A DNA stretch of 37,879 nucleotides from Lama guanicoe (Eukaryota): NCBI GenBank assembly GCA_013239625.1, contig MU053574.1, positions 248,001-285,879 on the forward strand. Reading direction: 5' to 3'. This document shows positions 12,401 through 23,954 of the stretch, one piece after another. The translations under genes and the position numbers were made by a program. Below the pieces are notes generated by a model. The model was not told where the DNA came from and ran no database searches. It worked only from the letters and a program-made list of their open reading frames with translations. Position 1 is the stretch's first letter. Each line of letters begins with the position of its first letter.

Positions 12401-15400
12401 GCATGTTTGTATCACCAGAACTAGACTGAGTTGGAATGAGACTAAGAGAGAAAGGAGAAGTGTTTCCATGGATGGTCAGCCACCTGTGGGGAGGGAGAGG
12501 CTGTGCCCAATTATGATGGCTTGTCAGACAGGGGGAGTTTCATCCCCCATGAAGAGGCAGAGGCCTCCACAGATGGCTCCTGTGCGCCTCTGCCGGCCTG
12601 TGTGTCCCTGAGTATCTGGGCTGGTGGGGCGGCACTAGGGGAGGCAGCGGGACCCGATGGGGAGAGCTGCTCAGCCTCCGTGCGTCTAGGTGTGGGTGTG
12701 CCGCGGTTGCCCGTGAGGGCTCTGGGGTGCGCAGAGCATCATACAAGCAAACTGCTCCACACCGTGCCTGGCCTGGAGGTCCACTAGGCAGGGCTGCCAC
12801 GCTCTCCCACCCCAGACGAGCTGGGCGAGAGCAGCCAGAATCTCTAACGAGGTGGGAGGCTGCTGCTTCCGCGCCTCCCTGCGTGTTAAGGAGGAGTTCT
12901 GTACACTCCGGGGCCAGCGAGCCCGCAGTGTGCCTTGGGAATCACTGCTCCAGTGAGTTCTGCAATATCCTCGATCCTGCGTGGGTGGCAATTAGGAGTC
13001 TTCTAAGTGTAGTGCCTGGGAGGGGGCGCGGGGGAAACAATGAAATTTCAAAACCAGCTAGCCTCCCCCGCCCGTATGCCACCCCAGTTTCTGTCCATTT
13101 GCCTCGACTTTTCTTTCCTTCTGTGACTTCCATTCCTGGTGCTGGCAGGGTGTAAGGCAGGAAGCCCCTGTAGGCTGAGCTGGGCCGTTGGCAGCGACCT
13201 TTTGTGTGACCGAGGCAGGAATCGGTGTGCTGGAGGCCCCCCGGCGGTCGGTACCCTCCTCCGTCATGCTCTCTGTTGTTGCACCTCTTCTTTCTGTTTC
13301 CCAGACCACGAGGCTCGAGCCGCCTCCTGCTCTGAGTGGAAGCCACCCCGACTACCCCAGACTCTGAGCTGCTGCGTCCGCACCCCCCTGGGGGCGGCCC
13401 AGCAGAGGCGCGCGGAGGGACGCTGCCCCAGTCTGCATCCAGGGTGCTGAGTTCTAAACATCTCAGCCCCAGCTGAGATCGAGAAGTCTTCCCAACGCCC
13501 CCACCAAAAGCAAACGAGTGAAAAACGGAGTCTGTCCACTGGGGCATGTGGTTAGTTAAGTGGGAATGTGAGCAGGCCCTTTACTGAGTTAAGAGATACC
13601 CCTCGCCCTGTGATTGTGGTACAGATCGGGAAGAGTGAAAACGAAGACCAGAGCCAAGCCCCCCGCAGATGCTGGAGAGCGAGTGGGTCCATGGAGACAG
13701 ATACAAGTAACGGTTCGCCTGCATTTGTTAGCACACGTGGTGTGCCGGGCACGGCCACGCTCTGAGGCGTCTTCCGGTGGGATCCGCACAATTGTCCTGA
13801 GAGGTTTTCAACAACCAAGACTTGAGGGCACCTACGGTGCGCCGGGGACTGTTCGAGGTCACGTTAGGACAAAACAGCACAAAGGAAACAGAGTGCCGCT
13901 TTCTGGCGGTGCAGGTAGGCGTTGGTGATTCTCCCATTTCACTGGAGAGGAAGCGGCAGGCCGGAAACCCACTGCTGATCCAGAGGAAGGATCCCTATGT
14001 TCCTTGAGAGAAGACCGGCTCTTCCAGGAGCCCGGTGAGTCCCAGTGATCTCCCCCCCTGAGCCGAAGAATGACATCAAAAGCAGAACTTTGACCACACC
14101 CCCAGGTTACAGTCAGGGAGGGGTCCCCGACGCACACGGAGGAGGGTCCCTCCACCAACCAGTTAGCAGGGTGGCGGGAGTGTGTTTCCTTTGCTGCACA
14201 CAAAACTCAGTTGTACTTGGTGTTCACGGGTTAATTTCTTTCCCATCTCACTGAACATCGTGGAGACTTTCCGATACTTCACGGTGAAGGAGGCGATGTT
14301 GGCGCCTCGTTTTGATGGTGGAACCAAAAGTTTAAAACTTCCTTGGCAGGTTTCTAGAGCCATTTTGTTTTTTCTGGTTTGGTCAGAGATTTATGCCTCC
14401 CTGCCCCTGGCGTGAGTCTGTTTTATGGTGGGAAGCCAGCGGGGCGGAGGAGCCCGGTCCTGGTCTACAGAACCAGCAGCTGTTTGTTTTATTTCTCCTG
14501 GCGGCATCACTGGGCTGGCATTAATTATCCAGCTCTCATTCTCCAACGGTGGGAACACAGGATTTTCTTGCCGTTGTTCTGACACTCACGGGTTTGTAGA
14601 TGTCACTCGCATCCTCAGAGGAGCGCGGTTTTATTGATCAACAGCTCTGCTGAGGCCCGGGGCTGTGTGTTCCTCTAATACAAATGCAGTCAGGATGGCC
14701 GGGTGTCAGAGGGAGGTCTGAACTCCACTCGGAAAACTTACGGCGTGATCACGGCGAGGCGGGGGCTCTGAGGGCCGGGGGGGCGCGGGGTGGAGCCCGT
14801 GGGCACATCCATGGAGGCCCCTCATCTGTGCATGGGCCCTGCGGTGCGATGTGGGCCTTGTTAATGGCGCGTGCGGCCAGCTCTCCGCGCACTGAGCAGC
14901 GGCGTCCCAGGTGCCCCGGTGTGGGCGGCAGGTGCCTGGGGTGCCTCTTACGATCCCTCTCAGTGCAGGTGGGGAGGAAAAACACAGGGCAGAGCCCGAT
15001 GTCTGAGCAGCTGTCAGTGGTCTCTGGAGCAGCTGAGAGCGTCAGAGAGGCCTGGTGGTGCTGGAGGCAGGTTTGGGCTCAGAACTGCCAACCGTGTCGC
15101 CCTGGGCGGGTTGCGCTTGAATTCAAAGGCTGGAGCAGAGGGCTGCAGATGCCCCCCAGGAGGACGGGACAGAGGGGCGTCCTCGTTCCCCCAACCCCAA
15201 GCTCTTGGTGTTGATTTCTGAGCTCGCCGTCCACTGTGAAGAGCTGGGGTGTGTGTGCCAGAGGCTGGAAGCTGGGGCTGCGGTTTCCCAGCGCCTGCGG
15301 GCGGCCGGCCCTCGGGCTGCCTGCCACCACAGCTGACCCTGAGCGCCAGGAAGTCCAGGCACGCTCTGCATTGTCCCGGCTTTGCAGATGCACAGATTGT

Positions 15401-16014
15401 GCACAGCTGGTTAGCGGGGGTCCAGGGGTGGTGGCTGTTGTTATTACCAGTGTGCCTTTAATTACTGGGACTGTGTGGAATTCACTGGCGTCTAGGTGGG
15501 TGAGTTCTCGTTCCTGGAGGATGTGACGCCCCCTCTCACACTCCCCTTCCAACAGCTGCTTAGGCAGCACTTTTCCTGGAGCAGGAGGATGGGGTCTGGT
15601 CTCTGGCAGCAGGTAGCCATGGGCGTGAGTTGAGATGAGCTTTCAGAGGATGTGGAAGGTGGTCCTGGCCTCCTCTGGGCGTTAGAGTGAACATACCCAG
15701 GGAACTGAGCCCGTGGGAGAAGGCTGCTTGCCGGAGAGGGAGGAATGGGAGTGGCACGTATTTTCTGGAGAAAGTAAGTGGCCCAGACACGCCGGGGATG
15801 GTCGGACAGAGGGAGAGGATGGAGGGACAGCTGCTCCTTGGGAGGGAGGGGCCTGAGCGTCCCTCCAGAGTATTGCCCGACTCTTGGGGCCTGAAATGGC
15901 AGCTCTGGAAAGTCATCCACCTGGGGATTCAGCCTTTCTCCGTCTTACGGAAGTGCAATACCCCTGCGCCGCAGTTGGTCTTCTGGCGGGAGAAAGGCCC
16001 TGGTGTCTGTGAAG

Positions 16015-16215
16015 CACCTGCTGTGGGTCAGGCACTGTCTCATCACGCTTGTTAGCAATTCCATGCAGTCGTTGCACAGATTTTCTCCTGGGTGGGTGTT
16101 ACCGCCCCAGTTTACAGATGAGGATACTCAGGTCAGGAGTTAGGTAATTCAAGACCACCAGGCTATAGGGCTAGAGCCAAAACGTGGACTCAGCCACAAG
16201 TCTGTGTACAGCCAG
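16015..16215 (-). mobile_element. MIR SINE
   Basis: ccccagtttacagatgaggatactcaggtcaggagttaggtaattcaagaccaccaggcta. Confidence 0.65.
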
Positions 16216-16644
16216 GGCTTTTCCGGTACCAGGGCCTAGATGGACGGGTGTGGGGGCCCCAGGACAAGGGGAAGAGAGCACCAACTTGAGGGGGAGGCAG
16301 GAGTCCTGGGGCTGGCCGCCTTGGTCTCGCGCTGTGCCCGGGTCAGTGGGCTTGGAAGGGAGAGAGAGGGATGAGGTCTGGGCCGCGCTGTGACCTCTGT
16401 GACTGAGGCTGGGAGCTCTGTGCCGACTTCAGTGCCCCAGCTCGGACTTCAGGATTCCCTGCGAGAAATCGGTGTCGTTGTCGATCGGACGGCAGCAGCT
16501 GTCAGCCTGGCCCCAGTGTCTGCTCCACTGCCTGGCAGGGAGGCCTCCCTCCTTTTCAAGACTTCAGGGAGCTAGAAGAATTTCCGCAGAGAATCAGGCT
16601 GCATGACTGACAGTAAATTATGATTTAAAAAAAATTTTTACAGT

Positions 16645-16788
16645 CTTTTTTTTAACACTTTACTTTTTTTCTTTTATGGGGGTATGTAATTGGATCATTT
16701 ATTATTTTTTAACAGAGGTACTGGGGATTGAACCCAGGGCCTTGTGCACACCGAGCGTGCGCTCTGCCACTGAGCTGTCCCCTCCCCC
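16645..16788 (-). mobile_element. tRNA-derived SINE of camelid (vic-1-like) type
   Basis: Minus strand reads GGGGGAGGGGACAGCTCAGTGGCAGAGCGC...GGTTCAATCCCCAGTACCTC...AATAAATGATCCAATTACATACCCCCC plus an A-rich tail, with Pol III A box (AGCTCAGTGG) and B box (GGTTCAATCCC). Confidence 0.85.
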
Positions 16789-17671
16789 ATGGCAAGAAAA
16801 TTGTGATGTTTTAAATGTGCGGAGACCGTAGAGGCAGGGCGGTCACTCGTCCTGGTCGATGCCTGTTTTCCATGCATAATTATTTATAACCTGCTGTTCA
16901 CTGTTAAAATGTCTTTGTTAGACCATAGATGTCTTTGTTACAAGTCACCTGGTCTAGTCCTCTTGACTCACAGGTGATGACCGAGGCCTTGCACAAGTCA
17001 GGTCAATTAGGAAAGAGTCCCAAGTAGCAGCGTCGGGTAAGCCAGACCTGGGGGTCATTAGTTCCGTGAACCGGTGACTGTTCAGATGCTACTGACTGGA
17101 CAAGCCCCCAGACTCAGCGCTTCTGAACTTTTCAGTATGAAAGCAGTGCACTGCCCATGGTGGTGGATTAATACACTGGTGAATTAATGAACGGAGGGGT
17201 GAGTGATTGAATGAATGGATCCTAGGTCTTCTTGTGGAAACTCTCACCCTACTGCAACAGCATTATTGTTTCCCCACGTGCTGGAGTCAGGTTCGCGGCC
17301 CAGGTGGCTCCTGGCTGTGGTTTTGGAGGAGAAAACGCCCCTGGGGAGGCCCCGGGTCGGACACTGGCAAATGGCTGGGCACCTCAGAGCGGATCTGCGC
17401 CATCCAACACCTTGCTACACTCCCTGATTTTAATCAGAATGTGTTTTTCCCATGTCCTCTTTAATTAGAAAGATTTCCCCAGTTCATATCTAGAATGCTC
17501 TTTCCAAGACACTGCCTTTTAAAATGAATTCTTCATGTTAAGTTCTACAGGCTTCAGTGGGATCCCTTCTTGAAAGGAGGTAGAGAAAAAGAACACAGTT
17601 CACCTTTTTCAAAATTAAAATGAGAAAACTAGTTAACACTGATTGGGCTATTTTTTTTCTTTGTGAATATC

Positions 17672-18142
17672 TTTTTTTTTGAATTGAGGTGTGGTTGATT
17701 TACAATGTTGTGTTAGTTTCTGGTATTCAGCATAGTGATTCAGTTATACATACATATTTTTTTTCAGATTCTTTTTCATTACAGTTTATTATAAGCTATT
17801 GAACAGAGCTCCCTGTGCTGTACAGCAGGTCCTTGTTGTTCATCTATTCTGTGTGCAGTAGTTTGTATCTGTTAACTCCCAAATTCCCGACTTATCCCTC
17901 CCCCCTCTTCCCTTTGGTAACCATAAGTTTGTTTTTTACGTCTGTGAGTGTCTTTTTCTGTTTTATAAATAAGTTCATTTGTGTCATTTTTTAAAGATTC
18001 CACATATAAGTGATATCATGATATTTGTCTTTTTCTAAGTGACTGACTTCACTTAGTGTGATCATGTCTAGGTCCATCTATGTTGCTGCAAATGGCATTA
18101 TTTCATTCTTTTTTATGACTGAGTAATATTCCATTACACACA

Positions 18143-18177
<35 letters not shown>

Positions 18178-18243
18178 ATCTTCTTTATTCATTCTCTGTT
18201 GATGGACATTAGGTTGCCTCCATGTCTTGGCTGCTGTGAACAG
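17672..18243 (-). mobile_element. Young 5'-truncated L1 3' end (cetartiodactyl type)
   Basis: gttgatttacaatgttgtgttagtttctggtattcagcatagtgattcag...ccctgtgctgtacagcaggtccttgttg...ggtaaccataagtttg...gttgctgcaaatggcattatttcattc. Confidence 0.9.
18136..18175. repeat. (CA)n microsatellite inside the L1 copy
   Basis: acacacacgcgcacacacac... is directly visible. Confidence 0.95.
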
Positions 18244-18259
18244 TGATTGGCTCGTTTCT

Positions 18260-18460
18260 TATTGCCGGGTACTATGCTTGCTTTGCTGTTTGTTTATGGT
18301 CCTCATTTAATTATCCCGGCAGCTACGGGGTAGATTGTTGTTACTCTCCCCATCTCACAGATGAGGAGAGCAAGGCCCAGAGGGGTGGAGGTGCCTGGTT
18401 GAGAGTCACACGGTGGGCAGTGGCACAGGCCGATTCTCAAGTCCTTGCCTTTACCACTGT
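18260..18460 (-). mobile_element. MIR SINE
   Basis: cctcatttaattatcccggcagc...ctccccatctcacagatgaggagagcaaggcccagagg...gagtcacacgg. Confidence 0.7.
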
Positions 18461-20039
18461 GATAAACTGCACCCTAATGGACTAATCTTGTTTCTGGAGA
18501 GGTGGGTCTACATCACAGACATGCTCTAAAATATTTGGAAGGAACAGACCCATTAACTGGCTGCTGTTGTTGGATTATCCGCTTCTTGTACTTTCAACCA
18601 GAGCCCACTGTGTGCCTGAGAACTAAATGTGATTCTGCGAAGCGAGTTATCTCTGTGGTGGGTTGTCTCGGAGCTGCTTTGGGACTGATCCATTTGGGGA
18701 CAGAACAGTGTGATTTTCAAACTGTGTCTTCCTCTGCAGGTGGCACCATGGACGTTGTATGTGAATTTGACTTTAAAACATTTTTTTAGCTATTTGGGAA
18801 CGAATAAAAAGCCTCTTAACATTCACATCCGTGCTTTACCAAATCTTAACACCTGGAGATTACTGGCTTTTAACCTGAAGACCTAGGAGTACAGATTTTC
18901 CCAGATTCACGTTTGCATATAAAACATGCACATGTCACTGATTAGCAAGGGCAGAACTGGGCCCTATGGGTTATTTAAAAGAATCACTCCTGCACATTTC
19001 AGCCTATCTGAGCGTATGTACTGTTGGGCTGCGCACAGAAAGCGGCCGGGCAAAGTCTGTTGGGTGGCAGAGCCAGTGTGCCGGGCCAGTTTCCAGGCAT
19101 CCCAGCTGCATCCTGGACCTGAGCGTGGTAGGGAGCGCCAGCAGGTGTTGCCTGCTGTTTGAGGTTAAACTTTGAAGCAAGAATTCCTGTGTGTCACCTT
19201 CCAGCCGAGTTGAATGTGGAAGGCACCCTAAGGCGATGTGGGGGCTGAGACTGCCGTGCTTTTGTGTCAGCCGAGGGAGCCGGCACCAGGGCAGCTTGGT
19301 GCTCACGTCCTCGTATTCGTCAGAACAGCCTTGTTGTTCTCCCTGGCTGTCTTTAGACACACTGGTGTCCCGAACGTGATCTTTTATTACGCGTGTCTCT
19401 TCTGGCCAAGAAAATCTCTCTCCTTTTTATATATTGGCAAACTGCATAATGTTTCATTAGAAAAAAAGTTGGGGGGGTGGTGGCAGACCTGTGATGCATC
19501 TTGTGGTGCTTCACCTGGTTCAGACTTTGAGCTGAGTGAACCTGGTTTATCGAATCCAAACCTTCAGCCTCAGATGGCCTCCTCAGGGCTGTGAGGACAG
19601 CGCTCGGCCCGGGGAACGCCTAGGAGGGAGCCTCCCTGAGTCCGCGGTTGGAGCAGGGAGCTGGATCAGGGCAGCCTTAGCAGATCCCAGGGGAGCGCCC
19701 GCTCTGGTCTTTGGAGGAGAGGGGAGGAGAGCAGGGGCACCACATCAAAGAGGCAGAGGGCCCGGAGGGCAAGAGTCTTGCAGTGTGAGGTTGCTGATTG
19801 CTCTTTAATAATAGTCAGGAGGGCAGAAAAGGCCGGTGTTCACACAGAGTGGGCGCCCTGCTCCAGGTCGGGCCGCGCTCGGCTGGGCCTCGCCAAGCTC
19901 CCTGGGCTGGCTGGCTGCTTTTCTTCCCCTTTTTTTCATCTGTGACATCTGCTCGGTGCTTGTCCCTCCTGTGATACCGTCCCCCTCGCAGCTGTGCAGA
20001 CCTCCAACTCTGTGCTGGTGCACGGAGTGCCCTGAGCAG

Positions 20040-21060
20040 ACGGCCTTTTTGATGTGTGATAAAACAGAACCGAGCCACGGGGGTATGGTGAGCGGAGGCA
20101 TCAGAATATCAATTAACCTGCTCGGAACAAAGCTGCAGCTCCAGAGTGGAAGAGACATTTCACTGAAGTGTCAGGAAGATGGATAATGTATTCTAATTAG
20201 GGCCTGACTGCTACCCCTGCACTGAGCTGCTCCTGGAAGTCAGGCCCGCGACCCTCACGGCGACCCTCACCAGTGCCCCATCGCAGCGGCGCCAGTGTGC
20301 TCCTTACTGATTTATGACTTCTGGCTTTGCCAGAATTCACAGCCGTTAACTTGCTCTCAACCAGACTTGCTGTTTCCTCCTGAAAGTGTGGTCCATTTTG
20401 CAGCTGGGCTGCTGCACATAACCTCTATAAATGTGAGCGCTTTGGGGAAAACTAAGATCTTTTCTGGGCTTTAAGCCTGGGGCTTCCGTCTCGAGGATGC
20501 TCCAGGACCCGCAGTCCCTGGCGCAGAGGCCGTGGTCACCGTGCCCTTCCTTCCCAGGGGGGCTGGTGCGGGGCTGCCTTCCCTAGAGAGCGTGGGGCTG
20601 CACTAGCGGGGGGGGGTGCTGCCCTAAGAGGTCCATTAGGGACCTCGTTTCTTTGCACCTGGGTGATTGGCCCACCTCCCTGAGTCTGAAAGGGTAGACG
20701 TGGAGAGTGGGTGGCCTGGGATTCACAGCCAAGCCCCCCACGTCCTTCTTTAAATTTCATATCCGCGTCAGAACGATGCATCAGTGAGGCCAGGCTAATT
20801 AGGGAGATGTTCCTCATTTTGCTGCACTTTTCCTGTGTAATTGGAAGGCCCGCTTTCTCCAGCGAGAAGTCGGTGAGAGCTGTTCCCCTGAATAGTTCTA
20901 AAAGCTTTGGACCACATACTGATATCAGCTGCAAATTTATGGGCGAGATTATAATGATTGCTCGGTAATGCAATATTAAAAGCGGGAGGTCCTTCTCAGG
21001 GCTGAGCGAAGGCGGAGTTCCAGCCTTCCGCCAGCCTCACAAAGTGATTTTGAAACAGAA
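20040..21060. promoter_or_regulatory. Candidate conserved intronic enhancer cluster
   Basis: Repeat-free, with CTAATTAGGG twice (20193, 20795), TGATTTATGAC (20308), CAGCTG (20401, 20926), TAATTG (20838) and TTTATGG (20936). Conservation is inferred, not tested. Confidence 0.45.
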
Positions 21061-21949
21061 TCACCAGCCCTTGTCCTAGAAGCAGCGATCAGTGGGCCCC
21101 TACTCCCTCCCCTCCAAATAAGGGGAAAAATAAAGGGGTCCGAATGCAGCCAAAGTTCAGAACACTGGGGTTCGGCTTCCAGAAGCGTAGGTGGGGGAGC
21201 TCTCCGCCGCGGCGCCTCCTGGTTCCTGTGCCAGTGCGCACACCTGTAGGTGTTTGCGCTTTAAGAGCTGCAGCCAGCCCTGGGCTGGCTATAACAAGGA
21301 CTTGAGGGAACAAACGGCTGTTAAAAAGATGTCTTTTTGCACTTTTGCTTCATTAGTTCTAGAAACCAGGGGCTCCGTGGCTGTGCGTTCTCCTGCATAA
21401 TTTAAGAAATTAATGAAAGCATGCCTGATTTTTCCAGTGCTCTTTACTCTGTAAATTTGTTTAGTTTTTTTTTTTTAACTGTCAGTTGAGGCTGTTGGAA
21501 CCTAAATATTTTAATATGGAAGAAATACGGGCCTCCTGTCCTTTTTTAAAGAAAGATATTTCTTGCCCTCATCCACACGGTGTTCTGTAAATCAGGCGTT
21601 ATGAGTTATGTGTGACCTGGAGTCTGAGTTCACCACACCAGTCCATCCTCTGGATGGACTGCAACCAGGTTCTTATTAGGATGGAGAGGAAGGGGCCTAT
21701 GGCAAAGTGGAGGGGGGTCCTGTTCTGGGAGCCAGTGCCAGAAACCCTGGCTTCAACTTTCAGTCGTCTGACCCCATCCGCCACAACTGCAGAGTGGAGA
21801 CCTGAGGCACCTTGCAGCTCTATTTCACTCTTCCAGACTCGCTCTGTCTACTTCATCCTGCTCTCAGGTCGAAAGCATCAGATTCTGTGTGTGTGTGTAT
21901 AATTCTAGACTCACAGGATTTGAAAGAACTTTAGAAATTGTTTAATGTG

Positions 21950-23525
21950 AACATTGCTGAGGGACATAAAAAAAAACAACCTAAGCAAACGGGAAGATAA
22001 TGTGTTGACTTGATATTGTAAAAATGTCCATTCTTCATAAATTAAACTGTACATTTAATGTCATTCCAAATCCTAGTAGAACTGATATTTTGAAACTTGA
22101 CAAGATAGTTTCCTGCCTACTTGGAAGAACAAGTTTTTGAAAAAAGAAAAAGGAGGATCATATCCTATCAGATAGAGCAATAAACTATAAAATCACAATA
22201 AAATGTGAGGATGATACAAGAGCCTACAGGCAGAAAGATGCTGGAGCCAACATCATGTCAGCATTTAGACTGAGATAAAAAAAAAAGGAAAGTGACGTTC
22301 AGAGGGGAGAGGATAGGCTGTTTCATAGATGGCATGGGGACGGTTGGAGGGCCACAAAGAAACAGGTTAGATCAAGACTCCCTTCATTCCTCAAAATAAA
22401 CCATGGCTTTAGTAAATATTTAAATGTAAAGAGTAAAACTGTAAGAGATCACACTTTAAATGCAAGTAAATATCTATCAGCTTCTGCAGTGGCAAGGACC
22501 TTTTTACACATCCATACGACGCCAGAATCTAAAGAGGAAAGCACTGACTGATTTGGCCAAAAACTCATGTGTTAGAAACAGTGCCAGACACAAAATTAAA
22601 ATGCCAGAGACAAACTGTGGAAAATGCTGGCAACGTTGTTTGCCTCAGAGTGTCTGTGGTAGCTTTTGCCAAAATGGGTTGATGTTCTTAATATGTAAAG
22701 AGCTCTTGTAAATAAATAAGAGGGTAAAACAAAAAATAAATTAATTAATTAAAAAGTTAAAAAAGGTGAGAAACAGGTGACAGTAAAAAAAATGGCACAA
22801 ATGGACATTTTGGAAAAGAAAAAATTCAAATAGCTAATAAACATATGGAAAACCTGCTGAACCTCATTTGTGATCAAAGAAATGTAAGTTAAAGCAACAA
22901 TGGTATACTCTACTCTGTGGACAGATCGTCCCCTAGGATTATGCCTGACAGAGATGCAGGGAAACAGGTGATCTGGAATGGGATTCATAAACTGGTGGGC
23001 AGGTTTGTAGCCTGATGTGGCGACATATATCAAAAAGTTATAAGAGAAGGTATCAGCTTTTAGAAATTTATCTTGAGGATATCTTAGGTACATTAAGATG
23101 TATATACAACATTTGTTTAAATAGTAGTTCTTAATAATGGAGCAAAACTAAATGAACAACAGTCTGTGATCCGTTAACATTTGACGGGTCAGTTCACGCA
23201 ATGCCTGGCAGCTCTGAAAGCTCCCGGGAGAAGAGCGCTTTGTGACGTGGGAAGACGGGCATGAGACCTTCTCACTGTGCGAAAAGCACAGGCTGCCCGC
23301 AGCCTGTACAGTGTGAACTTCTTTATCCCCCTCGGGAGAAAAACAGATCTGTGTGGGTGTGAAGCCTGGAAGGAGGTGGACCACAGGGTTAACAGTGGCT
23401 GCTTTGAGTCAGTGGTGTTATTAGTGACTAGTCTTATTATGTCCGCTTTTTAGTATTTTCCGCACAGTGTGGAACAATCGTGTGTTATTTTCATGGTTGG
23501 ACTTAAGGAGTTAATAAAAATAATA
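21950..23525 (+). mobile_element. Old L1 (L1ME/L1MC-like) ORF2 3' part and 3' UTR, sense to AK8
   Basis: A-rich degraded L1 motifs: gatattgtaaaaatgtccattctt, gaaacttgacaag, ctaataaacatatggaaaacctgctgaacctcatttgtgatcaaagaaatgtaagttaaagcaacaatg. Confidence 0.75.
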
Positions 23526-23686
23526 AATCTTCTAAATCAGTTCCCCAGCTGTGCCAAGAAGGGGCTGGCTGATGCCTGAGGGAGTTCAGCCCTATAGCAA
23601 GTTCACTAAGGAGCAGAAACTTGAACTCAGGCCTCTTAATGATCAAGCTTCTTAAGAACAAGTTTTGGAACTTGCTCTTAAGTGGG

Positions 23687-23945
23687 AGTTAGGGATTTGC
23701 AAATACTAACTACTATGTATAAAATAGATAAACAGCAAGGACTACTGTATAGCATAGGGAACTGTATTCAGTACCTTGTCATAGCCTATAATGAAAAAGG
23801 ATATGAAAAGGAATATATATATATATATATAAAACTGAATCACTATGCTGTATGCCAGAAACTAACACAACATTGAAAAGCAGCTACACTTCAATTAAAA
23901 AATAAATTAAAAAACAAGAGTTAACCATTAAAAAAAAAAAAGGAA
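23687..23945 (+). mobile_element. Young short L1 3' tail, with probable 7-bp TSD AAGTGGG
   Basis: ctactatgtataaaatagataaacagcaaggactactgtatagcatagggaac...actgaatcactatgctgt...ttcaattaaaaaataaa plus an A tail. AAGTGGG at 23680-23686 and 23946-23952. Confidence 0.88.
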
Positions 23946-23954
23946 AAGTGGGCT

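Noticed and set aside
12625..13415. CTCF-like motifs (GCACTAGGGGAGGCAG at about 12632, CCAGCAGAGGCGC at about 13398)
   Set aside because: Core spacing deviates from the CTCF consensus; not supportable without a PWM scan or ChIP data.
16716..16788. tRNA gene on the minus strand
   Set aside because: A and B boxes are present, but the sequence continues into a SINE body and A-rich tail, so it is a tRNA-derived SINE.
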